DNA from: Bacilli bacterium
Lineage (GTDB): Bacteria; Bacillota_I; Bacilli_A; RFN20; CAG-826
Length of the DNA: 64,000 nucleotides
Reading direction: 5' to 3'
Assembly: GCA_024408235.1 (NCBI GenBank)
Contig: JAKSVF010000002.1
Span: forward strand, 9,789-73,788
Of the stretch, positions 55,221 through 64,000 are shown one piece after another. The position numbers and the translations under genes were made by a program. The notes beneath the pieces were generated by a model, which ran no database searches, was not told where the DNA came from, and was given only the letters and a program-made list of their open reading frames with translations. Positions within the stretch are counted from its first letter, which is position 1; every line of letters starts with the position of its first letter.

Positions 55221-55246
55221 AGCAGACATTGTCTGCTTTTTTCTTT
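55221..55246 (+). terminator. Rho-independent terminator
   Basis: AGCAGAC-ATT-GTCTGCT followed by TTTTTTCTTTTT. Confidence 0.75.
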
Positions 55247-55295
55247 TTGTAAAAATTGTAGGTAAAAAATCAGACAAACTCGTCTATTTATTAGT

Positions 55296-56462
55296 GTGGA
55301 GTCCAGAATTTTTAAATCCTTTATATGCCCGAGATGTGGGAATACCGATGAGAGATACTTTGGCTACAGGCCACCTTATGGGGATGTCTATTGTAGGAAA
55401 TGTGTCTCATTCATCGGGTCTTCTGCGAAAAGAGCCTCCTCTGGCCCACACGAGGTGGACCTTCTGCTTCATTACCCGCTAACTGCTGAGCAGAAGGCCA
55501 TCTCTTCTAAGATAATAAAGAACTATAAAAATAACATAGATACGCTTGTGTACGCCGTGTGTGGCGCAGGTAAAACTGAGCTTTCATATGGAGTCATCAA
55601 ATATGCTTTGGAGCAGGGGTATCAAGTTGGTTTTGCACTACCAAGAAGAGATGTTGTAATAGAGCTATATTGGAGGCTTAAAGAGGCGTTTCCGAAATCA
55701 AAGGTTACCGCTGTATATGGCGACCATTCATATCAGCTTGAAGGCGACATCATCATCCTCACAACGCATCAGCTATATAGATATGAGCATTATTTTGATT
55801 TGATTGTCATGGATGAGATAGATGCATTTCCGTACAAAGGCAGCGATGTTCTAGAGGCTATGTTCAATCGTGCTAGAAAGGGGCCATGTGTCCTCATGTC
55901 AGCCACACCAAGCGATGAAGTGATAAGTGAATTTAAGAAAGAGAATCACGATATAGTGGAGTTGAGGACAAGGTTCCACAAAAAGGAAATACCTGTCCCT
56001 CAAATCCATACAGATTCGGACCTATTTCAACTCGCCTTTGTTATAAGAAAACTAATCAAATATAGGAAAAACGGCAAGAAATGTTTGGTTTTTGCTCCAA
56101 CGATAAACGAATGTGAGGAAGTGTATTCAAAGGTTAAATCCTTCATTCCAAAAGGTTCGTTTGTCCATAGTAAATGTGCGAATAGAGAGGAAGTCATAAG
56201 TGATTTTAAGAAAGGCAATCTGGACTACCTAATAACGACATCTGTCCTGGAAAGAGGGGTCACTATAAAAAATCTTCAGGTCATCGTGCTCAACGCTGAC
56301 AATGAGAAGATATATACCTCAGCCACCCTGATTCAAATCGCTGGAAGAGCAGGGCGTAAGATTGACGCTCCAGAAGGCGATGTTTTCTTCCTTGCTAAAA
56401 AAGAGACCAAATCCATGAGAAAGGCCATAGATGAAATTAGATATTGCAACACATATCTGTAA
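55296..56462 (+). CDS. comFA: ComFA-like DEAD/DEAH-box helicase (competence)
   Basis: GTG start. The N-terminal zinc finger is CPRCG...CRKC. Walker A is CGAGKTE, the DEAD-like box is VMDEID, and the motif QIAGRAGR is present. Confidence 0.8.
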   Translation: MESRIFKSFICPRCGNTDERYFGYRPPYGDVYCRKCVSFIGSSAKRASSGPHEVDLLLHYPLTAEQKAISSKIIKNYKNNIDTLVYAVCGAGKTELSYGVIKYALEQGYQVGFALPRRDVVIELYWRLKEAFPKSKVTAVYGDHSYQLEGDIIILTTHQLYRYEHYFDLIVMDEIDAFPYKGSDVLEAMFNRARKGPCVLMSATPSDEVISEFKKENHDIVELRTRFHKKEIPVPQIHTDSDLFQLAFVIRKLIKYRKNGKKCLVFAPTINECEEVYSKVKSFIPKGSFVHSKCANREEVISDFKKGNLDYLITTSVLERGVTIKNLQVIVLNADNEKIYTSATLIQIAGRAGRKIDAPEGDVFFLAKKETKSMRKAIDEIRYCNTYL

Positions 56463-57093
56463 GGTATGCTTTTCTCCCATTAGAGAAGAATCGTTTGCCT
56501 CCATGTTCTCGCCTTCAACGCCAATATGTGCCAGGTGTTTTAGGAAACTAAACCCGCATATGGAAACAATTAAGCTCAACAATGGAGTAGAGGGGTTATC
56601 TTGCTATGACTACACAGAAGATATAAAAGGTATTTTATTCAATTTCAAAGCATGCTTTGATTATGAACTAAAGGATGTGTTTTTCTTTTATCAAAGAGGG
56701 TATTTTAGGCTGAGATACAGGAACTATGTTTTAATCCCTGCACCAAGTTTCAAATCAAAGGATCAGGAAAGAGGTTTTAATCATGTCATCGCGATGTTTC
56801 AGTGCATTAATCTACCGATAATTAAGGCGATAGAGAAAACTAGTGATGTAAAACAAGCAGATTTAACTAAGGCTGAGCGTGCTGAGGTTGGCAGATATTT
56901 ATCCTGGGTCAAGGGTGTAAATATAAGAGGCAAAAATATACTTTTCGTTGACGATGTATTGACAACAGGTTCAACAGCGGTAGCCTGCACGAATTTGATA
57001 AAAGCCAACGGCGCTAAAAAAGTAAGATTTCTTGTCATGTCTCACACAAAAAATCCAAACGAATTGAGCCAAAAGGCTCCCTTAAAGCGTTAG
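56431..57093 (+). CDS. comFC: ComFC-like phosphoribosyltransferase-fold protein
   Basis: The Cys pairs are CKVC...CARC. The PRTase motif is ILFVDDVLTTGST. It overlaps comFA by 32 nt. Confidence 0.8.
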   Translation: MKLDIATHICKVCFSPIREESFASMFSPSTPICARCFRKLNPHMETIKLNNGVEGLSCYDYTEDIKGILFNFKACFDYELKDVFFFYQRGYFRLRYRNYVLIPAPSFKSKDQERGFNHVIAMFQCINLPIIKAIEKTSDVKQADLTKAERAEVGRYLSWVKGVNIRGKNILFVDDVLTTGSTAVACTNLIKANGAKKVRFLVMSHTKNPNELSQKAPLKR

Positions 57094-57102
57094 TCCGTTG
57101 CT

Positions 57103-57130
57103 TACCATTATTTTTAATGGTATTATCTTT
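57103..57130 (+). terminator. AT-rich hairpin, possible weak terminator before secA
   Basis: TACCATTA-TTTT-TAATGGTA followed by TTATCTTT. Confidence 0.35.
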
Positions 57131-57153
57131 AGCGACTTTCAGGAGGATATATC

Positions 57154-59748
57154 GTGGCTAATTTTATTGAAAAATTATTCCGTCTCGAGGAAAGAGAACT
57201 TAACAAATATGCTAGAGAAGCAGATAGAGTTCTCGCCTATGACGAAGCTATGACAGCTTTAAGTGATGATGAATTAAAGCACAAGACCGTTGAGTTCAGA
57301 GAAAGACTCGCAAACGGAGAAACGTTAGACGACATCAAATATGAGGCATTCGCTGTTGCAAGAGAAGCCGGTTGGAGAGTTCTTCACCAGAAACCATTCA
57401 AGGTTCAGATTATTGGATCATTGGTTCTTCATGGCGGCAACGTCGCTGAGATGAGAACCGGTGAAGGTAAAACCTTAACCGCTACAATGGCGGTTTACCT
57501 CAACGCATTAGAGGGCAAGGGCGTTCACGTCATTACAGTTAACGAATACTTAGCATCTCGTGACGCTGAGTGGATGGGTCAGATCTATCGTTGGTTAGGC
57601 CTCACGACAGGCGTTAACCTCGCTTCCAAGAGCACGATGGAGAAGAGAGAAGCATATAAGTGCGACATCACTTACACAACCAACTCAGAATTAGGATTCG
57701 ACTATCTCCGTGACAACATGGCACCAAACCTTGAAGGCCGTGTTTTAAGAGGACTCAATTTCGCTGTTGTCGATGAAGCTGACTCAGTCTTAGTCGACGA
57801 ATCAAGAACCCCTTTAATTATTTCTGGTGGCGCTAGATCAGCTGCTTCACAGTATCAGGTTGCGGACCGTTTCTGCAAAATGTTGAAGAAAGATGTCGAC
57901 TTCACAATCGATATCAAAGATAAAGCCTGCTCATTAACCGAATCAGGAAACGATAAGGCTGAGAGATTATTTGGTGTTACAAACCTCTACAACCCAGAGA
58001 ACAACGATCTCGTTCACCGTATCCACCAGGCATTAAAAGCAAACTACATCATGGCTCGCGACGTCGAGTACATGGTCGACAAAGATCACACAATTCAGCT
58101 CATTGACCAGTTCACAGGACGTGTCATGCCTGGACGTGAATATAACGATGGTCTTCAGCAGGCAATTCAGGCTAAAGAAGGCGTTGAAATCAAACAGGAG
58201 ACAGTTGTCATGGCAACTATCACCTATCAGAACTTCTTCCGTCTTTACACAAAGCTTGCTGGTATGACCGGTACAGCAAAAACAGAAGAGGAAGAATTCA
58301 TCACAATCTTCAACATGAAGGTTATTGTTATTCCTACCAACAAGCCAATTCAGCGTATCGATGACCTTGACCTCATCTTCGCTACGCACGACGCAAAACT
58401 AAAAGCGCTCGTTCAAGCAACAAAAGAGAGACACGAAAAGGGCCAGCCAGTCCTTATCGGTACAGTCTCAGTTGAATCAAACGAAGAAATCTCAGCTCTC
58501 TTAACCGCTGCTGGTGTCCCACACGAAGTTTTAAATGCTAAGAACCAGGCTCGTGAAGCCGAAATCATCTCTCACGCTGGTGAACTTGGAGCAGTCACGC
58601 TTGCTACCAACATGGCAGGACGTGGTACCGATATTAAGATCACACCAGAAGTTGAAGCTGTTGGTGGATTATGTGTCTTCGGCACAGAAAGACATGAATC
58701 CCGTCGTATCGACAACCAGTTACGTGGACGTTCAGGACGTCAGGGTAACGTCGGTTATTCAAGATTCTTCGTCTCATTCGATGATGATCTCATGAGAAGA
58801 TTCGCTCCAGAGAACATCCGTAAACTCTTCACAGAGCAGTTGCAGGAAGAATCATATGAAAACAAAATGCTCATGAACGCTGTTACCAACGCTCAGAAGC
58901 AGATTGAAGGTAGAAACTTCGATACACGTAAGAACTTGAAAGATTACGATGACGTCTTGGCTAAGCAGCGTGACATCATCTATAAGAAGAGAGACTCAAT
59001 CCTCTATGCAGAGGATATCGTCGATCTCGTTCACGATTTCTTCAAGACGTGCGGTATGTATATCGCTGAGAGATCAATTGATACATCTACAGCCGAGGAA
59101 TTAATCTCAGGCGACCTCTTAAAGAAGAATGTCGAGCCTGCATTTATGGCTCCAGGCACAATCAACTCACAGGCATTTGACGGTGCGTCAGTTGAAGAAG
59201 CCGGCGAAGATTTAGGCGAAGCTCTCTATGAGTTATACATCGAAAAGAGAAAAGGATGGTCATCGCAGGAAGCTGACCAGGTTGAAAGATATGTTGCCTT
59301 GAAGGTCATCGACCAGAACTGGCAGGTCCATATCGATACAATGTCTCACTTACGTGACGGTATCTCATTACGTTCATACGCACAGACAAATCCTCTTCAG
59401 GACTACGTCAACGAAGGCTATGACCAGTTCAAGCAGATGAACGACAAAGTCGCTCATGATACATGTTTGAACCTCTTAAACGTCAGAATCCAGAGAAAAG
59501 CACCAGAGCCAGCTCCAGCTCCAGTTGAAGCTCCAAAAGCACCAGAGCACGCTCCAATCGATCATTCAAACGTCTTAGCAGACGATCCAAATGAAGTCAT
59601 CAAAGCACATGCTGCTGAAATCAGAGCGGCATTAAAGGAAGCTGAGCCAAAAGAAGAACACTGCTGCCATGATTGCGAAGGCGAAAAGTGCGAATGCGAA
59701 GGTGGTGAGTGCTCTTGCGAAAAGCACAATCCAGACGAAGCAAAATAA
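57154..59748 (+). CDS. secA: Preprotein translocase ATPase SecA with an atypical Cys-rich tail
   Basis: GTG start with an AGGAGG RBS. The motifs are MRTGEGKTL, VDEADSVLVDE and TNMAGRGTDI. The tail is HCCHDCEGEKCECEGGECSCEKH. Confidence 0.95.
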   Translation: MANFIEKLFRLEERELNKYAREADRVLAYDEAMTALSDDELKHKTVEFRERLANGETLDDIKYEAFAVAREAGWRVLHQKPFKVQIIGSLVLHGGNVAEMRTGEGKTLTATMAVYLNALEGKGVHVITVNEYLASRDAEWMGQIYRWLGLTTGVNLASKSTMEKREAYKCDITYTTNSELGFDYLRDNMAPNLEGRVLRGLNFAVVDEADSVLVDESRTPLIISGGARSAASQYQVADRFCKMLKKDVDFTIDIKDKACSLTESGNDKAERLFGVTNLYNPENNDLVHRIHQALKANYIMARDVEYMVDKDHTIQLIDQFTGRVMPGREYNDGLQQAIQAKEGVEIKQETVVMATITYQNFFRLYTKLAGMTGTAKTEEEEFITIFNMKVIVIPTNKPIQRIDDLDLIFATHDAKLKALVQATKERHEKGQPVLIGTVSVESNEEISALLTAAGVPHEVLNAKNQAREAEIISHAGELGAVTLATNMAGRGTDIKITPEVEAVGGLCVFGTERHESRRIDNQLRGRSGRQGNVGYSRFFVSFDDDLMRRFAPENIRKLFTEQLQEESYENKMLMNAVTNAQKQIEGRNFDTRKNLKDYDDVLAKQRDIIYKKRDSILYAEDIVDLVHDFFKTCGMYIAERSIDTSTAEELISGDLLKKNVEPAFMAPGTINSQAFDGASVEEAGEDLGEALYELYIEKRKGWSSQEADQVERYVALKVIDQNWQVHIDTMSHLRDGISLRSYAQTNPLQDYVNEGYDQFKQMNDKVAHDTCLNLLNVRIQRKAPEPAPAPVEAPKAPEHAPIDHSNVLADDPNEVIKAHAAEIRAALKEAEPKEEHCCHDCEGEKCECEGGECSCEKHNPDEAK

Positions 59749-59760
59749 GAAGGGAATAGA

Positions 59761-60877
59761 ATGAAAGAGCTATGGGAATTAAAACAAGACTCTCAGAGTA
59801 TTGGGAAGCTTGTTACCCAGCTCGGTGATTCTCTTTGACCTCGATAAGCTAAACAAGATAGTCTCCGAGTTGGAGGACAAACAGAACGAAGAGGGTTTCT
59901 GGAACGATCAGAAATCCGCTATCGCTGTCGTTAACAAATTAAACGAAACCAAAGGTAAAGTTACCTCATATACGAAAATAGTCCAGGATTACAAAGATCT
60001 ATTGGACCTTTTCGATATGCTTGAACCATCAGACACTGAAATGATGGAGTTAATTGAATCAACTGAAGCTGATTTGAATAAAAATATCCAGGAATTGCGC
60101 AATATTTTGCTATTTACAGGTGAATATGACGCTTTAAATGTCACACTCGAAGTTCATCCTGGTGCCGGTGGAACAGAAGCCATGGACTGGGCTGAGATGC
60201 TATTAAGAATGTATCAGAGATGGGCTGAGCGCCATAATTTCAAATGGCAAGTCCTTCTTTATGAATCGGGTGAAGAGGCAGGTTGTAAATCTGCCGCCGT
60301 AAAGATTTCAGGCCATAACGCTTATGGTTTGCTTAAAGGTGAGAAAGGCGTCCACCGTTTAGTCCGTATCTCCCCATTTGATGCGAACGCAAGAAGACAC
60401 ACGTCGTTTGCTTCGGTAAACGTCGTTCCTGAATTCGGTGCGGTCTCTGATGTTGTAATCGATCAAAAAGATTTAAGAGTAGATACTTTCCGAAGCGGTG
60501 GCGCTGGAGGCCAGAACGTCAACAAGGTTTCTTCTGCCGTCCGAATCACCCACATTCCAACAGGAATTGTTGTCTCCTGCGAAGTTGAACGTTCTCAGCT
60601 ATTCAATAAGCAAACATGCATGGAGATGCTTGCCGATAAACTCATGCAGAGAAAAATCGAAGAACGTGAAGCCAAGATGAAATCGATCGTTGGCGAGCAA
60701 AAGAACATTGAGTGGGGTTCGCAGATTAGATCATATGTTTTCTGCCCATACACGATGGTGAAAGACAATAGATCTGGCTATGAGACCTCAGATGTCTTTG
60801 GCGTAATGGATGGAGATTTGGATAGACTTCTTTTCTCATATTTAGAGACGGAGGCATATAACCATGGCCATGAATAA
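59761..60877 (+). CDS. prfB: Peptide chain release factor 2, requiring a programmed +1 frameshift at 59836
   Basis: Frame-1 leader MKELWELKQDSQSIGKLVTQLGDSL ends at CTT TGA C (59833-59839). The +1 frame continues as DLDKLNK... and carries SPF (RISPFD) and GGQ (SGGAGGQNVNK). The ORF track shows only the downstream frame, from 59801. Confidence 0.9.
59824..59839 (+). promoter_or_regulatory. RF2 recoding site: internal SD-like GGTGAT + TCT + CTT TGA C
   Basis: GGTGAT is complementary to the conserved 16S rRNA 3' end. Its 3-nt spacing to the CTT slippery codon is the same as in the E. coli prfB site. Confidence 0.8.
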
Positions 60878-61814
60878 GCTTTTTGTGGATAAAAAACAGA
60901 CGAAGCGCTTCTTCATCGACTTGATGCTAGTCACGCTTGGTTGTTTTCTTGTCGCCGCTGGCTCCGCATTATTTATTGAGCCTGCTGGCTTAGTTGTTGG
61001 CGGAGTTACATCCATATCACTTTTGATTAATAGCGCAATTGAACCGTTAGTTGGCTTTGATTGCGTTGATATTATCGTTTGGGGAGTTGAAATCGTTTTC
61101 TGGCTGATTGGACTTCTCGTTCTTGGCAAGAAGTTTGCCTTAAACACGTTAATGGCAACTCTTTTATATCCTTTATTTAATACATTGTTATACCGCTTTG
61201 TTGTTCCTTATATTGGCCTTGATGTGCTAACTAGTGCGTCCGGCGATATTGCATCGATGACACTCGTTGCTGTTTTCGGGGGTGTTTTTATTGGTGCTGG
61301 CGTTGCCGTCTCTTACTATGGAAACGGATCGACTGGTGGAGTTGATGTTTTGATTTCCATCATCGGAAAGTTCACAAGCATAAAAGAGAGCGTTGCTAGC
61401 TTCTTGATTGACGGCTCTCTTGTTTTAGTCGGAATATTCGTGTTTGGCGATGTGGTCAAAGGTCTTATCGGCGTTTTGTCAGCTGTTATCTGTGCCATCG
61501 CAATCAAGTTCATTTACGTCGAAGGCCATGCTCACGTTGTGTTCGACATAATCTCCGAAAATATGGATCCTATAAAGGAATATGTTGAGAAGACAATGGA
61601 ACATGCGACCACGATTATAGATGTGACGGGCGGATATACCAACACCCCTAGAAAGATGCTCAGGTGCGTTGTCTATTATAGAGAGACAGAAGAATTGAAA
61701 CGTGTGATAGCTCACAATGACCCAAAGGCTTTCGTCGTTATTACAACCGCTAACGCCATCAAGGGGCAGGGTTTTGACCCATTAATCTTCTCAACAAGAA
61801 AAAGAAAAAAATAA
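60864..61814 (+). CDS. YitT-family membrane protein (DUF2179 C-terminal domain)
   Basis: GGAGG lies 8 nt upstream of the start. There are five to six TM helices containing GGVTSISLL and GGVDVL. A soluble C-terminal domain is present. The gene overlaps the prfB end. Confidence 0.75.
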   Translation: MAMNKLFVDKKQTKRFFIDLMLVTLGCFLVAAGSALFIEPAGLVVGGVTSISLLINSAIEPLVGFDCVDIIVWGVEIVFWLIGLLVLGKKFALNTLMATLLYPLFNTLLYRFVVPYIGLDVLTSASGDIASMTLVAVFGGVFIGAGVAVSYYGNGSTGGVDVLISIIGKFTSIKESVASFLIDGSLVLVGIFVFGDVVKGLIGVLSAVICAIAIKFIYVEGHAHVVFDIISENMDPIKEYVEKTMEHATTIIDVTGGYTNTPRKMLRCVVYYRETEELKRVIAHNDPKAFVVITTANAIKGQGFDPLIFSTRKRKK

Positions 61815-61816
61815 AT

Positions 61817-63793
61817 ATGGATTATTCGCACCCATTCAAAATCGTATCTAAATATAAGCCTACTGGAGACCAGCCTGAAGCCATTAAGAAAGTGGTGGAA
61901 GGTGTAAAAGAAGGCAAAAGACTCCAGGTTATTTTAGGTGCGACTGGAACTGGTAAGACATTTACGGCTGCAAATATAATTGAAAAACTAAATAGACCAA
62001 CATTGGTCTTGGTCCACAACAAGACATTAGCCTCTCAGTTATACGGAGAGTTCAAGGAATTGTTCCCAGAGAATAGAGTTGAGTATTTCGTCTCAAACTT
62101 CGACTTTTATCAGCCTGAGGCATATGTCCCTAAAACCGATACATACATCGAAAAAAACGCCGTCATGAACGATGAAATCGAAATGATGAGAACGAGTGCG
62201 GTCAACTCTGTTATTGAAAGACGCGACACAATTGTCGTTGCCTCAGTCGCTGCTATATATGGCTTAACCGATCCAGATGAATATCGAGGACTCGTCTTTG
62301 AATTAAGAGTGGGCGAGACAATCGATAGAAAAGCCCTTTTTGCAAAGTTAATCGAATCTCAGTACACGAGAAATAATTTCGATTTGAACCCAGGAAACTT
62401 CAGGGTTCACGGAGATATCATCGACATCGCACCAATAATCACCAATGAGTATTTTGTTCGTGTTGATTGCTTTGGTGATGAGGTTGAGAGAATTTTAGTC
62501 GTAGATAAATTAACTGGTGAGGTCAGACAATCGTATAAGTCATACCCTATCTATCCAGCATATGACCACGCTTCAACTAGAAAGCGCATTGAAGAAGCGT
62601 GCGTAACCATCTCTGAAGAGCTTGAAGAAAGACTCCATTATTTCAAAGAAAACGGAAAGCTCTTGGAAGCAGAGAGGCTTGAATTAAGAACTAGACAGGA
62701 CATGGATTCCATGAAAGAGTTCGGAAGATGCCCTGGAATCGAGAACTATTCACGTCATATCGATAAGAGAAAACCAGGTCAAAGACCGTGGACTCTTTTG
62801 GATTATTTCCCTGACGATTATTTACTATTGATAGACGAATCACACGCTACCTTCCCTCAGCTTCACGGAATGTACAATGGCGACAGGTCAAGAAAACAGA
62901 CTTTGGTGGAATATGGCTTCAGACTTCCTTCCGCTTTAGACAATCGACCTATGAAGTTTGAGGAATTTGAAGAGAAGATGCCTTCAAGCGTAATTTGCAC
63001 ATCCGCAACCCCAGGAGATTATGAGCTCGACTTATGCAACCATGACGTTGCAGAACAGATCATTAGACCAACGGGCTTGCTAGATCCAGTGGTGGAAGTT
63101 AGAAAACCTTTAGGTCAGATTGATGACATCATGCATGAGATTAGGGAACGTGTTGAGAAACACGAGAGAGTCATGCTTGTAACATTAACGATTAAAATGG
63201 CCGAGGATTTAACAAGTTATCTCAAGAGCGAAGGAATTAAGGTCACATATCTCCATAGCGAGACCAAGACTTTAGAGAGAACAGAAATCGTCTATCAATT
63301 AAGAAAAGGCAAATACGATGTTCTTGTCGGTATCAATCTTCTAAGAGAAGGATTGGATATCCCTGAAGTATCGCTTATATGCATTTTGGATGCTGATAAA
63401 GAAGGATTCTTGAGAAACACGAGATCCCTTATCCAGGTCATTGGCCGTGCCGCTAGAAACGCTAACGGTAAAGTTATCATGTACGCTGATAAGATCACGG
63501 ATTCTATGAGGGAAGCCATAAGCGAAACAAACAGACGCAGAAGCATTCAGATGGCCTATAACGATGAGTATGGAATCGTCCCAACAACAATCATCAAAGA
63601 AATCCGCGCTCCGCTCTCTAACGTCGGGAATGATGAAGATACACCTATATTCAAAGGAAAGGCCTCAAAAACCGAAATTGAGCGCAAAATCAAAGAACTC
63701 GACAAAGAGATGCGTGCCGCCGCTAAAGTCTTTGACTTTGAGAGAGCAGCAGAGCTACGTGATATAATATTTGAGTTGAAAGCGAGCTTATAA
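61817..63793 (+). CDS. uvrB: Excinuclease ABC subunit B
   Basis: The motifs are GATGTGKTFT, a beta-hairpin region, DESHAT and GRAARN. The C-terminal UVR domain is FERAAELRD. Confidence 0.97.
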   Translation: MDYSHPFKIVSKYKPTGDQPEAIKKVVEGVKEGKRLQVILGATGTGKTFTAANIIEKLNRPTLVLVHNKTLASQLYGEFKELFPENRVEYFVSNFDFYQPEAYVPKTDTYIEKNAVMNDEIEMMRTSAVNSVIERRDTIVVASVAAIYGLTDPDEYRGLVFELRVGETIDRKALFAKLIESQYTRNNFDLNPGNFRVHGDIIDIAPIITNEYFVRVDCFGDEVERILVVDKLTGEVRQSYKSYPIYPAYDHASTRKRIEEACVTISEELEERLHYFKENGKLLEAERLELRTRQDMDSMKEFGRCPGIENYSRHIDKRKPGQRPWTLLDYFPDDYLLLIDESHATFPQLHGMYNGDRSRKQTLVEYGFRLPSALDNRPMKFEEFEEKMPSSVICTSATPGDYELDLCNHDVAEQIIRPTGLLDPVVEVRKPLGQIDDIMHEIRERVEKHERVMLVTLTIKMAEDLTSYLKSEGIKVTYLHSETKTLERTEIVYQLRKGKYDVLVGINLLREGLDIPEVSLICILDADKEGFLRNTRSLIQVIGRAARNANGKVIMYADKITDSMREAISETNRRRSIQMAYNDEYGIVPTTIIKEIRAPLSNVGNDEDTPIFKGKASKTEIERKIKELDKEMRAAAKVFDFERAAELRDIIFELKASL

Positions 63794-63795
63794 TC

Positions 63796-64000
63796 ATGAA
63801 ACAGTACAAGTTATACATATTCGACTTCGATGGGACGTTGATGGACTCATATCCAACAATGCTCGACATTTTCAATTCATCATTTAGGATGATCGGACAG
63901 ACATGCACGCCTCAACAAGTCATGCATTATATGCGTGGCTCTCTAATTGCCGTGATTGGGGAAAGAGGATTGAGCGATTCACAGACTAATCTATTCGTCG
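63796..64000 (+). CDS. HAD-superfamily hydrolase (phosphatase-like), 3' end outside the window
   Basis: Hand translation from the ATG at 63796 gives MKQYKLYIFDFDGTLMDSYPTMLDIF... (DxDGT motif I). The frame is open to the window end. It is absent from the ORF track because it is truncated. Confidence 0.7.
   Translation, partial: MKQYKLYIFDFDGTLMDSYPTMLDIFNSSFRMIGQTCTPQQVMHYMRGSLIAVIGERGLSDSQTNLFV

Noticed and set aside
1-64000. I looked for CRISPR arrays, tRNA or rRNA genes, IS elements, transposases, integrases and restriction-modification or other known defence genes.
   Set aside because: I found no spaced direct-repeat arrays, no cloverleaf-like sequences in the intergenic regions, and no ORF with transposase, integrase, methylase or nuclease-helicase defence signatures. 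The scan was manual, so short elements could have been missed.
889-64000. The hypothesis that this is a code-4 (UGA = Trp) Mollicute.
   Set aside because: Long genes are intact under the standard code and several end in TGA. prfB with a UGA-dependent frameshift site is also present.

Overview
The window is a low-GC Firmicutes/Mollicutes-like chromosomal segment that uses the standard genetic code: TGA is a stop, and RF2 with its UGA autoregulatory frameshift is present. It holds about 50 tightly packed CDS. I found no rRNA, tRNA, CRISPR array, transposase or integrase. The right half (36.4-64 kb) is ordinary housekeeping with Bacillus-like synteny: ybaK, an M24 peptidase, GH2, a HAD hydrolase, mntP, a pseudouridine synthase, yfhO, rsmI-yaaT-holB-tmk-recR-ybaB-dnaX, prfA-prmC-tsaC-rpiB, comFA-comFC, secA-prfB, a yitT-family gene and uvrB. 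The left half (0.9-36.4 kb) looks accessory or surface-related. (1) An isolated RHS/YD-repeat polymorphic toxin gene has a swapped-looking AT-rich C-terminal tip and an overlapping candidate immunity ORF. I could recognise no export signal on it. (2) An N-domain-less clpB sits behind a perfect CIRCE operator. (3) A membrane-anchored XRE regulator is flanked by an unusual 4x AGTATAAC(A) array. (4) There are five uncharacterised lipoprotein genes, two of which look paralogous. (5) An orphan PIN-domain protein carries a long Lys/Glu/Pro-rich tail and a duplicated NPNYP motif. (6) An oligopeptide ABC transporter (oppABCDF, with very large insertions in OppA, OppC and OppD) is bracketed by three M6/InhA-like HExxH metalloprotease lipoproteins and two small polytopic membrane proteins. 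The candidates I consider most likely to be undescribed are the RHS tip/immunity pair and its delivery route, the protease-Opp surface locus, and the PIN protein. All homology calls were made by eye from motifs and need profile or structure searches.
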